A stretch of DNA of 64,000 bases, taken from positions 36,813,703-36,877,702 of the forward strand of contig CP154954.1 of assembly GCA_039621445.1 (NCBI GenBank), read 5' to 3'. This document shows positions 27,600 through 42,250 of the stretch, piece by piece (position 1 is the first letter of the stretch; every line of letters begins with the position of its first letter). The DNA is from Euglena gracilis. Its lineage: Eukaryota. The position numbers and the translations under genes were made by a program. The notes under the pieces are model-generated. The model did not search any database, was not told the DNA's origin, and saw only the letters and a list, made by a program, of their open reading frames with translations.

Positions 27600-27679
27600 G
27601 AATTGCCAACTCAGCGAAAAAGGCACCAGGAGACCTCACCCAACGCACCAAAACGGCAAAGTGTGGAGCCTGAGGTGTC
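27600..27679 (-). mobile_element. DIRS left-terminus relic
   Basis: gccaactcagcgaaaaaggcac...ggcaaagtgtggagcctgaggtgtc is the reverse complement of the left ITR. Confidence 0.7.
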
Positions 27680-30391
27680 CCCAAAATTTTGGGTATTAAA
27701 AAAAATGCCCCTCCAGCCCGTGGTCAGTGCCCCTCCAGGCTCCAGGGGGTATTTCTTTTCAGTCGTCTTCGGCTGCCAGGAGGGCACCAACGTTGAAATT
27801 GGAGTGAAATGTGAACCTCAAAATGAAGTCAAATTGGTCAGATGTGGATGCAATCAATGCAGTGGGGATGATGTGATGGCGATGAGGGAATAAAAGACGC
27901 GGCGAAGAACAAAAAGGCGTGGTGAGAGGGAAAGAGGTGTGCGTCACTGAGCATTGTTGCAATGCATAAGAAAATCATTGTCCACGCACAGCACCATTTC
28001 CAATTTTTTTTTAGCCTTTGAGAACCCCCCCGGTCGTTATAAAAAAATCCTGTTCTGGAACAATGCAACCGTTGCGTTAATCTGCTGCGCCAATCTGCAT
28101 TTTTTTAAAAGACCGTGCCACAAATCACCCATAAGTCCTCCTAATAAGCAGGGGGCCAACGGTGGTTCGCTCTCTGGACCCCACCCCAGCTGACATCCTG
28201 TGTCAACAACAGGCTGAGAGTTTGACAGTTCTGCCCTGACAACACTGGCCTTTTGCTGGCCGGGGGGCAAGAATGTCCCGAAGCGACCGTGATCCAGCTC
28301 AGAGGCTGGGACTGGACCCAACCCAGGGTCAAACCGGGTGAAAGAAAATCGACACTGCAAGAATGCTCCCCCCCAAAACTGCCAATTATGCAAAGAAAAT
28401 TGATTTGTTCACACAAAAAGTGAAATTTAACCTGGGAAGCCCACACATTTTCATCCATTCTTGAACCTCCGAGAGCTGGAAATCAGCAGGCACCTGTCCC
28501 AAAAGTGGCCAATTAAAGGAGAATCACTGGGGACCTGAGATAAAACCTTGGAAACCCTCTAGCACCCATATTGGCCAGGAGTCCGATACCAGCCGGCCCT
28601 GCATCCGTCCGATCCAGGGCCAGCTGTGTGCCTGGCCCCTGATGTGGCCAATTTTGTACTGCTTTGGCCTGTTTCAACTTGGACGTCCAGCGCCAGCTGC
28701 TGGGCAGGGCCAGGCCGGGTCGCCTCGAACCATCAGGTGTATACAATTTTTTACTGACCGGGGGGGGGGGGCACTCCACTTTTTTTTATAAAAAAAAACC
28801 AGTCAGTCAGTCAGTCACTCATTTTCGGAAAACCAGCCAGTCACTACGCCCCCTCCCCCCCGGGGGTCAGCCACTCAGAAAAACGGCCACTTTCCAGTCA
28901 CTTTAGGTCATTTTAGGCCAAAAAAAAATTCCGGCGACTTTGGCACCGGGGTCACTCAAGCCACTTTTGCCCATACCTGGCCGACCCCCCCGAGTCAAAC
29001 CAGTCAGTCACTCTGAAAAAACCAGTCACCCACCCCAAGCAATTGACTGATCAGGTGGGAAAAGAGCTCAGTGCACAAAACCCGGTCCGGACCGTTCAAA
29101 AATTACACCCTCCCCTGAAAGAGGGTGAAAAATTTTCCTGAATGATAACCAAAAAACCACAACTTCCAAACCCGACTTCTATCTTATCTATTCCGATGCC
29201 CCCCCCCCCCGAGTTGCACCCAGTAAGGGGGGCAAGGGAGGCTTTATATTTGGGGGGGGGGAATCAAACTTTTTCAGGAAGCTCTGTGACCTTTAGGGGC
29301 CTTCAATTGTGGCCAAATACCAATTTTCCGCCAAATTTTTGTTGTGTACCTCATATTTTCGCAAAAATGTACCCCCCCAAGCCCAATGAACACAAAGGTG
29401 ACAATCTAGACGGTCTGAACGGGGGGTGTTCATTGGGCTTGGGGTACAGTTTCTGTGTGGATAAGGTATATGGTGACAATCTAGACGGTCCGAACACCCC
29501 CTACCCCCTGTTCGTTGGGCAAGGGTGTTCATTAGGCATGGGGGGGGTAATTCATATCCAAGATGAAGCACTTCTGGTGAAAGAAAAATGTTGTATCCAC
29601 CCAAAATTTTTCGACTTTTTCCTGAATGACACCAGCGTCTGGCTCAACATCGGGGGATCGGGGGGGGGGGCTTTATATTGGGGGGGGCTTGATATTTGGA
29701 AAGGGGTTTACCGCATTTCTTCCGGGTAACATGCAAATATGACAATGACAAAGATGAGTAAACAAAAATTCTCAGCACCTCCTTCTGGATGGATTGTTGC
29801 AGAAAAGGCTCTTTCACAAACAAATAATCTATGAACGTTGGAAACGAGCATACCGATGCTCTTCACAAGCAGACTGCTGTTTCACCCACAAACTTCCCAA
29901 GCAACCATGGTTCTTGGTCCATGACTGACATTGCAATTTGGTCCATTTTGTAAAAAGTGAAAACTTCCGAAATCTCTTCCACCAAATTGTGGCAGGATAC
30001 GCAAGATTTGGAAACACCCACTGATGTATTGAACGGCCCTTTTGAGGGGGATTTTTTCCGTTGGGGTGGAAAAAAACAAAAAAAGAACAGTGCATTCATC
30101 AAGAACATCCCAAACAGACATACATGTATGTGTTTGAAGTAGCGAGCAAAAATGTCTGTTCCCAATCTGCTGGCAACATGCACACAGGTTGCCCAATGTT
30201 CCCAAATGCGTTGTCAATCTTTCCATATTGAGCACAAAATTCCAATTCACATGACCGGGAATGAATTGTACTAAAAAGCAGCTTGGGCGAAAGCAAAACA
30301 ATGTTCACTTCGTGCCCCAGACATGGTTCCTTTTCAACCTCGGAAAAAAAAACACACCACCCAAAAGATTAGAACAAAAAAAAACAAATAT

Positions 30392-30544
<153 letters not shown>

Positions 30545-31823
30545 CCACCAATCCTCCGATATGATGGTACAATTCCAGACAGATGGGGGCACCCCCTGCA
30601 AGTCCCTGCGAGCCCCCTCCCCAAATTTCTGGAAAAAAAGTCAGTCAATGTTGTTGCGAAAACAATTCAGACACTTTGAAGACAAGGGGGGGATGTGCCC
30701 CCCCAATAAGATCCCCCTGGGCCAGGCCAAGAAAAATCCAAAAAATAAGACCCCAAATTCTAGACCTCCTGACGGCGCAAAACCCCGGAGGCAATGAAAA
30801 AGAACCCCAACAACCCCAATTATGGGCACAAAAAAATGAGAATTGATATATATATCCCCCCCGGGCGCTTGTGCGCCTCAACGAACGTGTTGCTTCCATG
30901 ATGGGTAGATACTGTTGAGCAAAATCAACCCATATTTTGCATCTTTTCACTTTGAGAACGTTTGATTGCTCAACTTCTGGACATCAGATAAACTTGGTGG
31001 GGAAAAAAAGCATACAACCAAAACAAATATAACTCATAATTTGACTCCACCAACCTAAACATAGTATTTCAAGCCAAGTGTGGGACTCCAAAGCCAAAGG
31101 AATGGAGCCAGACATATACGCAAGGGTGGGGCTTAAACCCCATCCCTGGAAAGCTCCAAGGCAAAGATTCGCAACGTGCTTCTCCTCTGCATTTCATCCA
31201 GGCGTGTGTGTGCATAGATATGAGTAGAACAATTTTTTTGAAAAAAGATTTGGCCTTGTAAGAAAACATGCTTTTTGACAGAATCACTAACACCCCAAAT
31301 GGCTTTGCCCCCTGCAAAATCAATGCACTAATCTTTTTGGCCCCAATCCCCTGCAAAATGATTTGGGAAGCACCTAATGAACCAGTGATCGACCAACTGA
31401 CTACGTTTCCGAAAAGCAGTTTGTTAACAGGTCCTGTGTGTCCCCCCCCCGTAACAAGGGAAAATGTGGGGAATGATGCAAAAAAAGCATCTCAAATGCA
31501 AAAATGTTCAGGTGGACGATGAACAGAAGCATTAAATCATGTTACAGTTATAATAAAAAATTACTCGGATGGACGTTTTTTGACAATTTGGGGGTCTATT
31601 TGGATTTCCCCCCAAAAATCCGGAGGGGGGTCTCGGGTCTGGGGTCTCGGGTTTGGATTTTTGATAAAAAAAATCGGCAGGGGGGCCTTAAACCCCTCCC
31701 TCACTTATAACCCCCCGGGGGTTTAAGATCCTGTTTAGTGGTTGGCCCCGAGGGGGGGGGGTTATAAGTGGGGGGGGTTCAGCCTTGGCGGTTCTCTTTG
31801 CCTTCTCATGGCTTCCGGGGGGT

Positions 31824-32896
31824 TAGGGTTCGATATAAAGACAGGTGGGGGGGGGTCCGGACTCCCCCTGCGGGCCAGGAGGGGGGGGGGGACACCCCCC
31901 CACCTAAACAGTTGCGCGGTCAGGGTGACCGAAAAATTTTGACCCCCCAAAACGACCAAAAGTGCCAATTTGGGCACTTTTTGGGAGTCATGGCACAAAG
32001 TGGGGCCCCCATACCCCCCCATACCCCATACCCCACACCCCATACCCCACACCCCATACCCCCCCCATACCCCCCCCCATACCCCAAAATTTTTTTTGCC
32101 CGGAAGCGTTTTTTTTGGCCTCCTGGACCCTTTTGTGGCCAAATCGCGGGACGTATGCAACTGTTCGAGTGCCCGGGGGGGGCTCCCCCCCCCCCCCCCC
32201 GGCCCCCCAAAAAATAACCTCATCCTTGACTACCGATCTGTTTTTGTGGCCAAATCGCGCTTTGTGGTCAAGTCGCGGGACGTATGCAACTGTTCGAGTG
32301 CCCGGGGGGGGGGCTTCCCCCGCCCCCCCCCCGGACCCCCCCGGCAAAAAAAATAACCTCATCCTTGTCTACCGATCTGTTTTTGTGGCCAAATCGCGCT
32401 TTGCGGTCAAATCGCGGGACGTATGATGTTCGAGTGCCCGGGGGGGCTCCCGCCCCCCCCGGACCCCCCCCCCCGGCAAAAAAAATAACCTCACCCCTTG
32501 TCTACCGATTTTTTTTGTGGCCAAATCGCGCTTTATGCAAGTGTTCCAGGGGCCATAAACCTCATCAACAACATCTCCAAACCCTTCCCCCATACCCCCC
32601 CCCCCCACACCCCCCCCCATACCCCCCATACCCCCCCATACCCTAGGTATGCCAATTTGTGCCATATGTGCTTTTTGGGTCAAAAAAGTTCCAAAAATGC
32701 AAAAAATCTTCGGCGCAAAGCGCCAGAGGAAAAAATTGACCCTTTTTGGGGGGGTTCCGGGTGCCCCCCTCAGGGTCGGTCCGGACCCCCCCTGGCAGGT
32801 GGGGGGGGGTGGTCCGGACCCCCCTGCGGGCCGGGGGGGGGGGGTGGTCCGGACCCCCCACCTAAACCATGTACGCCCTCCTTATATCAAACCCTG
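31824..32896. mobile_element. MITE family B with a nested repeat-rich TIR element
   Basis: Same termini as 37890. Internal ggcacaaagtgg...ccaatttgtgcc element with ~120-bp tandem units. Confidence 0.75.
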
Positions 32897-35249
32897 GGGG
32901 GGGGGTATAAGTCACGGTTTAGTGGTTGGGCCCGAGGGGGGGGTTATAAGTAGGGGGTTTATAGGATGGGGGGGTATAAGTGGGGTCGGGTTTATTTTGG
33001 GGGGGGTCTTATTTTGACTGATTGGGCCCAAATAAAGATTTGTTTCGGGGGTCCAGTTTGGGACCATTCTTTTTTCCGTGCTTTGTACAAAAATACAGGA
33101 AAACTTGCCCCTTGGGGGAGGGTTACACTGGCCCTGACTCGGCCTGACCCCCAGGGCCGGAACCCCCCCCAGGTCAGAACCCTGGAGTGGACGGTGGTCA
33201 GATTCGTTTCAGGGCAGGTGGGGGGGCCCCTCCTGTCCAGCAGGGGGGGGGGTAACAGAAAGGAGCATGTATGGGTTGGAAACCCTCCAACCCATACATC
33301 CTCCTTTCGAACCTTGCTTGTGGTCGACCCTCCCACCCAGAGAGTTTCCAGGATGATTCCAGCTCTATCCCAAACAATTCATTTGGCTGGGAGCCAGCAA
33401 CTTTTCAGTAGTTTGACCTCCGGCTTGCTAATCCAAATCACCCTGAAGAGGAGAAATTTGGACAATATTCACAAGCGAGTTCTGTTAATGAACTATTGTC
33501 GAGGAAAGCAATGGCCAACATTGTGAAGGTAGGGTGGGTGGGTGGGGCGAGGTAAATAGGTCCAGATGGAGACCGGCCACCGCAAGCGCAGGGGGATCTC
33601 ACTGGACAGCGGCAGGAATGGGCAGCAACTGTGTGGAACTATGCGGCACACTTTTAATCACTCCAACCCTGGCGCCAAAGGCGCCGGGGCCCGGAAGAGG
33701 CTATTTTCAATGAAAATTTTCTGGGTCCCCCCGGACCCCCCCGGGGGGTGTGCCGGTGTGCCTGCTGGGGCAGGCACCTTCTAGCACCCACCGTAAGCAC
33801 AAGCCACACAAAAATGTTATTATAGCTTTCAAGGCCCATGAAAACCCGCACACATTGCAGGAAGAAAAGCAATTGCCAGTCCCCAGTGAAGTTGTGTTTG
33901 AAATTTCCATGGCAGGGGAGATTCGGCATTTGGGAAGGCTGGGGTTTGGCCAATTACCCCCCCCCCCATATGAGGCCCCGGAAGCCAACACCCCGAAGGG
34001 GCCTTATATGGGGGGGCCTTGGCATTTATTTGTTTCATCTTTGGCCATTGAAGCAAACTCGTCTCTCACGGTGATTACCCAGCCAGCCCCCCCCCTCCGT
34101 GCCCAGACCAGAACCGGAATGGCCTGGTCTTTTTCTTTGGGTGGGAGGGTCCCCTCATCCCCACGTTGTGCCCCCCCCCATGTCCAACGACATCATGCCC
34201 CCCCCAATCAGGTCAGGGGACACCTTTTCGGATATTTGGCCAGATTTTTGGCCCGACGCAAAGTTCTGGGCCGAATAAGTCCAAAATCCACCAAGATTTG
34301 GCCGACGTGCTATTTTGGGGGGGGGGGGGGGCATTTTTGCACAATAATTTCCCTGCCCTACCAATTTGCCCCCATCCCATCTCATTTGCCCAAAATTTTG
34401 GTGCAAAGCGCCGAAAGGAAAGATTTGTCAATTGGGGTTGGGTGGCAGGTGGTACTTGAACAGTTCGCTTTGCAAATTTGCCCCGGCCCCTTTGGTGCCA
34501 TAGTCTGAATTTTATGAATTGCCGCAGGCCATGCGCATGGGTGTGGGTGGGAGGGTTGCAATCCCCGGGTTTCCTGTTCTGGCCTGGCTATGCCACGGGC
34601 TGACTGTGATGCAATGCACCTCCGATCCGAGAAGCCTTCTTTTTTGGTTGGATTGGGGGGCAAGGGTGGGCACCCCCCCCGGAGTGTCCCTCATTTTCGG
34701 CTCCGTAAAAATTGCACAAAGCCAGCTCCCCCAACCCCCCTCCCCCCGGCAGCAGGTGCCAACCCACCTCCCCTAAATCCTAACTCAAAACCCAAGCAGG
34801 AACACTCCAGAACCTCCCCAGCAAAGGAGCGAACCGTTCACCCAACCTCAAACGCGATGAATTTTTTCGGCAATGCTGCAGGGACACCTGAAACACCGTG
34901 CTTCCCGTGAGGGGGGGGAGGCGAAGCCCAAAACGGTGCCCTGAAGATATTTATGTTAAGGCAACCTCCTCCATGAAACTGTGGACATCCTTAATGGATA
35001 ATGAATAACAAGGCCACCGGACAGGATAGGGGGGAATGCAACATGGACCCTTGAAAAATGCGACACAAAAAAAACAAATGAATGCTAATAAACACAAATT
35101 GTATGGAAACATGACAAGGACACATTGACACCTTTTGACACATTGACAAACAGGACAAGGGTTGCAAGCATTCATCAATGACATCATCAGAAGGTATAAA
35201 AATCCAAAAGAAGGAAAGACAAATAAAATTCATGATGACGCGTCCCAAA

Positions 35250-35504
35250 CAGGGGTTTTTTTTAAGACCGAGGGGGGAGGGGGGGTCCCCCCCCACCCAC
35301 CCACCCCCTGGGGGGGGTCCCGGGGGACCCACAAAAAATGGCCGAAAAATCGCGAAAAGTGCTAAAAATAGATTTTTTTCGGCGCCTGCGGCGCCGAAAA
35401 GTATATCCCACCCCCATCGGGGGGGGCCCCCCCGGGGGGGGGGGGGGGGCTCGGCCGGACCCACCCTACCCCCCCCCGGGGGTCCACGACTTAAAAAACC
35501 CCTG
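35250..35504. mobile_element. hAT-like MITE family A
   Basis: TIR caggggtttttt...aaaaaacccctg with 8-bp TSD gtcccaaa on both sides. Confidence 0.9.
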
Positions 35505-36529
35505 GTCCCAAACAGAGTGGTCACAGGGGTTCAATGAAAAAAAAAATTGTGGCCTAAAATACTTGTTCAATGGGGATCAATAATTGTGTCCAAAGTATCC
35601 GGAGGGACAACAAAATTGGCCAGGAGGGATCTTCATTTTGTCCTTGAGTGTCCGCAAGCTGTAAAGGCGCATGCAGCCGAAGGAGCCAGTCCACTACCCC
35701 CCCCCCTGGGTGCTTGGCCCGCGCCTTGATTGAAAGTAAGCCTGGGGGCTCAACCTTCGGGCTGAATTGTGCATGTTAAAACATTCGGGGGCAATTTGAA
35801 GGCATTCGAAGAATGGCTGGGAAGAAGATCCAACACATTTTGAAATGCCTTGGCTAAATCTCCTTAGAACTGTGGCCAGTGCAAAAAAAAAAAAACCTAT
35901 GTTCCAAAAAAGTGCAGTTGACAGAGGAGGGTGTCAACGACACGCTGTGTCAATGACATGGGGGGTTTAGGGGGGGGGGCAACCACCTGGGGGAGGGCAA
36001 GAGCCAAGGGGGGGAAGAACTGACACTCCCAAATTTGATGGAAATTAAAAACAAAATCAACAAAAAATACAGGAGGAATGGTCCAAATAGAAGCACACCC
36101 CCTGCTACCAGAGGCGGCAGTCTGCCATACTGCGCTTTTATCGGGGGGGGGGGGTGTTTGGAAAGAAGGGCAGTGGACCTCACTGACAACCTCCACCTTA
36201 CTTGCCACTTTCAAATCAAACTGGGGTGTCATCTAGGTGAGTTAAGCAACATGGTGCGCATGAGGCATACAGAAAATGTTAGCAAGCACCTTGGTATCTT
36301 TGGACAAACACTGACAAAAACCAGGTATGAAAGTGAACCAGATGAATATGCATTCCTGTGCAAACAACAAAGCAAATATAAAGAGGTTAGAAATGAATAA
36401 ATCACAGAACCTTTTTTGCAGCGGCAGACAAACAACAGGTGAGAATGCAAACGAGGGCAGGATAAGATTTGCATGTCACAAATTCCTGAACACGATAAAA
36501 ACCTCCTCCTGTTGTCCAATCACTGGGAT

Positions 36530-37856
36530 CAGGGGTTTTCTTAAGGACCCGGGGGGGGGGGTCCAGCCTCCAGCTGCAGGGGGGGGGGGGGAAATGCGCT
36601 CGCCCGGCCTCGGAAAAAATGCGCAAAAATGCGCAAAAAAATGCGCAAAAAATGCGCATTTTTGGAAAAAATGCGCAAAAATGTGCAAAATCCGAGAAAA
36701 AATGCGCAAAAATCACGAAAATGCAAAAATTACCCAAAAACATGCAAAAATGGCACCAAATTTGAAGAAATTATGTAGAATAATGAGGAAAATGTACGTG
36801 TCAAAAAATGCGAAAATTTTGGAAAATCACGAAAAAATGTGCCAAAAAGCAAAAAAATGCGCTGAAAAAAACGAAAAAATGCGCAAAAATGCGCATTTTT
36901 GGAAAATGCGCAAAAAATGCGCAAAAATGCGAAACGCATTTCCCCCCCCCCTGCAGCTGGCAAAACGGCTGCTGGCTGGAAATGAGCTGCTGGCTGGACC
37001 CCACCCCCCCCCCCTAGATGTTGGGAGGGGGGGTCCGGACCCCCCACCCCCCCCTCCTTGACAGGTGCCAAAAATAGCAGAAAATTTTCTTCTGGCGCTG
37101 CGCGCCGGAAAATGAGCAAAAAACACCCCTTTTGCTGACTTTTGGACATATTGCCCATTTTTTTTGATGTGTTGGTGTTTTCCCCAAAAAATATGTTCAA
37201 AAAAATTCAAAAAATGAGCATTTTTGGATCGATTTTCGAAGAAAAATCAGGGTTTTTTGACCGATTCCGACCCGATTTCCGGCCCCTTGCCCGTCAATGA
37301 AATCAAAAAAAAATTCGGCCCCCCCCCTCAGTTTCGAGGTAGGAGGGGGGGGGGTCCGACCCACCCCCCCCGGTCCGGCCCCCCCCCCACCACCTTACCC
37401 CCCAGGGGGGGGTGGTCGGGACCCCCCCCCTTTACCACCTACCTCAATACCGAAGGGCTTCCCATCCATCCCCCCCCCCCGGGGGGATAGGGGGGGAGGG
37501 GGGGTCCGGGGCTGGAGGGGGCTGGGCTGGGCTGTGTTGATGAAAAACAAAAATTTCTAGACAATTTTGCCATTTTCGACATTTTGATGGATGGAGCTAG
37601 ATCAAGGCTGGGGGGCTGTGATGGAGGAAGGTGTGATGAGGGGGGAAAATGCAGGGATAGGTGAGCTGGGCAGCCTAGTTGGTTGGCCAGCCTGTGGCCG
37701 GCTGGCCTGGCCTCCGGCTGGACCCGACTTTATTTCACCGACCCCCCCCTGGGGGGACTCCCAGCCCCGATTTGGGCTGCTGGCTGGATTTGAGCTGCTG
37801 GCTGGCTGGACCCCTCCCCGGGGGATGGGGTACCCTCCGGCTTAAGAAAACCCCTG
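36530..37856. mobile_element. hAT-like MITE containing two nested elements
   Basis: TIR caggggttttcttaag/cttaagaaaacccctg. TSD actgggat/actaggat. Nested elements at 36577-36953 and ~37005-37500 (the latter also at ~1440-1850). Confidence 0.85.
36577..36953. mobile_element. TIR element with a 6-bp TSD carrying an aaaaatgcgc minisatellite
   Basis: TIR cagggg(n)aaatgcg/cgcatttcccc(n)tg with cagctg on both sides. Confidence 0.75.
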
Positions 37857-37889
37857 ACTAGGATCCTGAAGTCTGTGCGACGTGGGGGG

Positions 37890-38276
37890 CAGGGTTCGAT
37901 ATAAGGACAGGTGGGGGGGGGGGGCGGAGCCCCCCCCCTGGGGGCCAGGAGGGGGGGGTGGGGGGGGGACACCCCCCCACCTAAACAGGTGCGCGGTCAG
38001 GGTGGCCGAAAATTTTTGACCCCCCAAAACGACCAAAAGTGCCATTTTGGGCACTTTTTGGGCAAAAATGTGCCAAAAATGCAAAAAATTTTCGGCGCGA
38101 AGCGCCGGAGGAAAAAATTGACCCTTTTTGGGGGGGTCCCGGGAACCCCCCCAAGGGTAGGTCCGGACCCCCCTGGCAGGTGGGGGGGTGGTCCGGACCC
38201 CCCCCCCCTGCGGGCCAGGAGGGGGGGGACACCCCCCCCACCTAAACCATGTACGCCCTCCTTATATCAAACCCTG
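37890..38276. mobile_element. hAT-like MITE family B
   Basis: TIR cagggttcgatataagg/ccttatatcaaaccctg. TSD gtgggggg. Related copies at 31824-32896 (nested insert ~31990-32665) and ~59455-60019. Confidence 0.85.
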
Positions 38277-39064
38277 GTGGGGGGGGTCATAATTTTTTTG
38301 GTTCGGACCTGGGGAGTCCCCCCCCCCCCCCGGGCTTTGCAGGTCCCCCGCCAGAGGCAGGGTTTGGGCCATTTTTGGCCTTCTTCGTGCTCAAAAATTT
38401 TTGAACCCAAAATTGACACCCCAAAAACTTGTCACCTGGATCCCTCCCCCCCACACCTTGGTCTTTAACATCTGGTCTGGTCTGGTCTGGTCTGCACGCT
38501 CTGACGAGGAGAAGAAGTGGTGTTCACTGGGATGGTCATGGGGCAAAGGAGGGGAGAAAACCCTAGCCTGCTTAGACAATGCCAGGGACACATAGCTGGT
38601 CACTCTGCGGCACCAAGAGACACCAGACATTCTGGAGCTGATCCGATAAATGCTGCACTTCGCAAACCAAACAAAAGCAATCAGAAACTCAAATGTTGGT
38701 GGCATTTCCAAAGAGTATTCAAGAGAGGCACCTCAAAGCAAATCAAGTTTTCTTGAATCCCCCTCGGGTACCAGGGGCAGGGTTCGATGTAAAGGGAATT
38801 GGGGTTGGACCTCCCTCCAATCTGGGGGCGGGGCCGCCAGGGCCGCCACATGTTCAGGGGGGACGCCCAGGGTGGTCCCTGAGAAAAAAAATTTCCATCC
38901 CAGCAGATTCAATGAAAAATGCTCAAGGGTGGTCCCTGACGTCCTTATCAAGCGCCCTGGGGTCAAACACCAGAGCAGGGTTCGATACAAAAGCAAAATG
39001 GACTTTTGGGTAGATTTTTGGCCGGTTTTGATGAGCAATATTTCTCGCCGGGCCGAAAATCAGT

Positions 39065-39440
39065 TAACCCCCCCCCGGGGTTTTATTTTTTCGCCCGAAG
39101 TCCCGGCCCGAGGGGGGTATTATTTGGGGGGGGGGGTGTTATTTCCCAAAATTTTTTCGAAATTTTTTCAAGTTCTGTAGGAGCAAAAAGAGCAAAAATA
39201 GCGCCAAAGCCCCCCTTTGGGGTCATTTTTTGTACTTTCTCATGAAATTTAGCATTTTTTGGAGGTCAGATAATTGATTTTTTTTCGCAATTTGTTGTAA
39301 GAGACTGTGAATTTTTACCAACATTTTCAGGTCAAAAATCCGGGCCTTCGGCCCGAAACCAGGGGGGGGGGGGTATTATTTCGGCGGCCGAAGTCGGACC
39401 CCGAGGGGGGGTATTATTTGGGGGGTATTATTTGGGTTTA
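39065..39440. mobile_element. MITE family E (TA-flanked); other copies at ~49425-50163 and ~55085-56782
   Basis: Shared body (cgcccgaagtcccggcccg, ggggtcattttttgtactttctcatgaaatttagc) and taaaccccc..aataatac-type TIRs. Confidence 0.65.
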
Positions 39441-41409
39441 CCCAGATCGCGCCACTGTTCAGGTGGGGGGAGTATCCCCAGGATCATTGCAAAAAGCCTG
39501 AAATGGGAACATTTTTCTCGTGAACAAATGAAATCATTCAGTGTCTTTTGTGCACGTGGGCGGCAAATGGTGGATCAATCCAATACCAAAATGACAAAAA
39601 GAAAATATGGCTTTGACACACACCCCAGATTCTTCTTTGTTTGTTTTCAGCATATATTGTCCCCCACATGTTTTGGGAATGCTCACTTGACAGGGGGGGA
39701 ACCAGCAATGTAGGCCAAACAAGAGGTTTTGTTTGGACCAAATTTTGCAAAAAGCTTTTGCCAAAACTTTCCAGAAAATATCAACGTGCCCCGTTGATAT
39801 GGGGCAGGTTTTGAAACAACATAATCCAATGATATTTGCATCTGCGGCATTTTATTTTGAAACCGGTTATTCCAAAAACCCAGATTTCCCAAAAACCTCA
39901 AAATTTGCACAAAAATAATTTGTTCCCAAGAAATGACTCCATTTGGTGCATCTTCTTTGAACTATCACATACTCCTTCAAAACTATTATTTATAACTTTT
40001 GTATTTCTTCTGCTTGAAGGAGCAATGCACATTATGGGGATGGATGTGAAATGCTGCCAAAAAGTATTGAAAAGCCATGCTTGCATCGGTGTAAATGGAG
40101 CAAGATGCCCAGTTGAATAGAACTGGAAAGAAAATAGCCTTGATGGGATGAGACAAGAAGAGGAACAAAACTGCTGTTGCATACACACCACAACCCTCTT
40201 CCTTCCACTCTCCGGACCGGCACGCGCGCGTGTTCCAAAGATGATTCTAATTTTTGTGGCGTTTTATCTCAGCATTGTCTTGTCCCCCCCCCCAATTATT
40301 CCTGGAATATGTGGATACACCAGGAGAGGAAACATAAACACCTCAGAATGCAATTCAAAACAAGCAAAGTGTGCAAAAAGAACACAAAACACAAAAAAAA
40401 TGCAAAAGGGCACAAAATCATTCAGGGATTTCTTGGGGATGCACACTTTTCGACTCAAGAACATTTTCACCTATGCCACAAAAATTTAAGATTCTTGCAA
40501 CACAATGCATATTGATCAATGCATTCATTGAAAATTTCGTTCACACCATTCTAAACCCCCCCTAATAAGTGCACGGGTGCGCGCATTTTAAGGTAGTTTC
40601 GGACCGAAGGGGTGCGCACTTATTAGGGCAGTGCGCACTGTTTAGGGCAAAGCCGAAAATACTCTCGTTTCCCCCACTCTTTTTCAATTTTCTCCCATTT
40701 TGTGATTTCAAAGCTATGAGTCGCGTGATTATGTCTCAAATTTGGGCGGACGATAGAAATATTTGGTTTAGAAAGACAATTCTGAGAATCGTGTGTGCTT
40801 TCCAACCTGAGATGTTACCGTGATTTCTCCTTGGGGAGTTCACTTTTTAGGGAGGTAATTTCGGAACCTTGGGGGAGCACTTATTAGGGAACTGCGCACG
40901 ATTGGGGAACCGCGCACTTATTAGGGGGGGGGTTCACCAAAAAACATTGCATAGAAATATGAGCCAAAAAATGTTTTGCACATTTTTTTTTGAACAAAAA
41001 TGCGCAAAAATGTGCAAAAAATGTCCGTTATTAAAAAAATCAGCACAAAAAGTCAAAAAAAAAACATGCAAAAATAACACAAAAAGAAACACCAAGAGGA
41101 AAGTTACCAAAAGGAAGCATGGTCCAATCCAGCTAAAATCCAGGTCAGTTGGACCGATTTTGTTTTGAAATAAACCCCCCAGAAAACTATTCAAAATGGC
41201 CATTTTTTGCGCTTTGCGGTGCTTTGCGCTTTTCCAGCCACTCCAACTTTATTTCAGCAGATCCTGGAGGGTGGTCTTCAGCCTGGCTGGGAGCTGAAGA
41301 ATGTTGCCTGGCTGGACCCCCCCCCCCTGGAGGCACGGTCAGTTCCATGCCCTCCCAAAACGTGTTGCTGCCCAAACACCCTTTGCTTTGGACTGCTGAA
41401 CAGGAATTA

Positions 41410-42250
41410 AAATTAAAACCCATTTTTCTGGGCCCGCGGCCTGTCTTGATTTCTACTGACTTAAACGGAATTCAAACTGAAATTGTTTAGGTCAGTCGAT
41501 TTCCATTCAGGCGCCGTTTAGGTCAGTCGATTTCCATTCAATTGAAATCTGTTGCTGGTCAGATTCGGAATTTTTGGTGAAATTTTGGACGTTTTGGATT
41601 TCCACGTTTTTGGTCCTGTTGGGTTCTGGAAACTATTTGGACCGACAAAGGCTGAATTTTGCAGTCAGATGATCATAACTGGCTGAACTCAGGATGTCCA
41701 TTTTCATTTTCTGGAAATTCAGAATAACCATTTCTGTACAATTTGGCCAGATTCAGCTGTCATCACTGGTCGTCTGAAAGAGAATCTTTTGATCGAGGGG
41801 TGATTTTGCAACTGTTAAAACCTGTTTTCTGGGACTGACGCCTGTCTTGCAATTCTACTGACATTAAGGGGTTTCAGGCTGAAATTGTTTTGTCGATCCC
41901 GATCCCAATGGTCTAAACTCAGAATTTAAATTTCATTGGTCAAGAATTTGGGGAAATCTGGTTTTTGCCAAAAAATGCCCAAAATAGAACAAAAAAAGTT
42001 GGTTGATTTCCAAGACATTGGATGGAATCTGTTTAGGTCAATTGATTCCCATTCAGGCGCCCGTATAGGTTAATCAATTTCCCTTCAGGCGCCCGTTTAG
42101 GTCGGTCGATTTCCATTCAGGCGCCCGTTAATGGGCCAAAAACCACTTTTTTTTTGGCTATTTCCGTCCACGCGGTTCGGTCGAATGAAATTCAAGACAG
42201 GCGTGCGGGCCCAGACAAAATAGGTTTTAGAAAAATCGACCGACATTAAC
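41410..42250. mobile_element. TIR element with ~30-bp subterminal repeats
   Basis: ttttctgggcccgcggcctgtcttga versus tcaagacaggcgtgcgggcccagacaaaa. Repeats of ggtcagtcgatttccattcaggcgcc. Confidence 0.55.

Noticed and set aside
36327-37210. 244-aa Lys/Cys-rich ORF and overlapping ORFs
   Set aside because: They derive from the aaaaatgcgc minisatellite inside a TIR element.
40060-40110. IYTDAS RNase H-like motif
   Set aside because: It is an isolated short motif with no other RNase H or RT motifs nearby.
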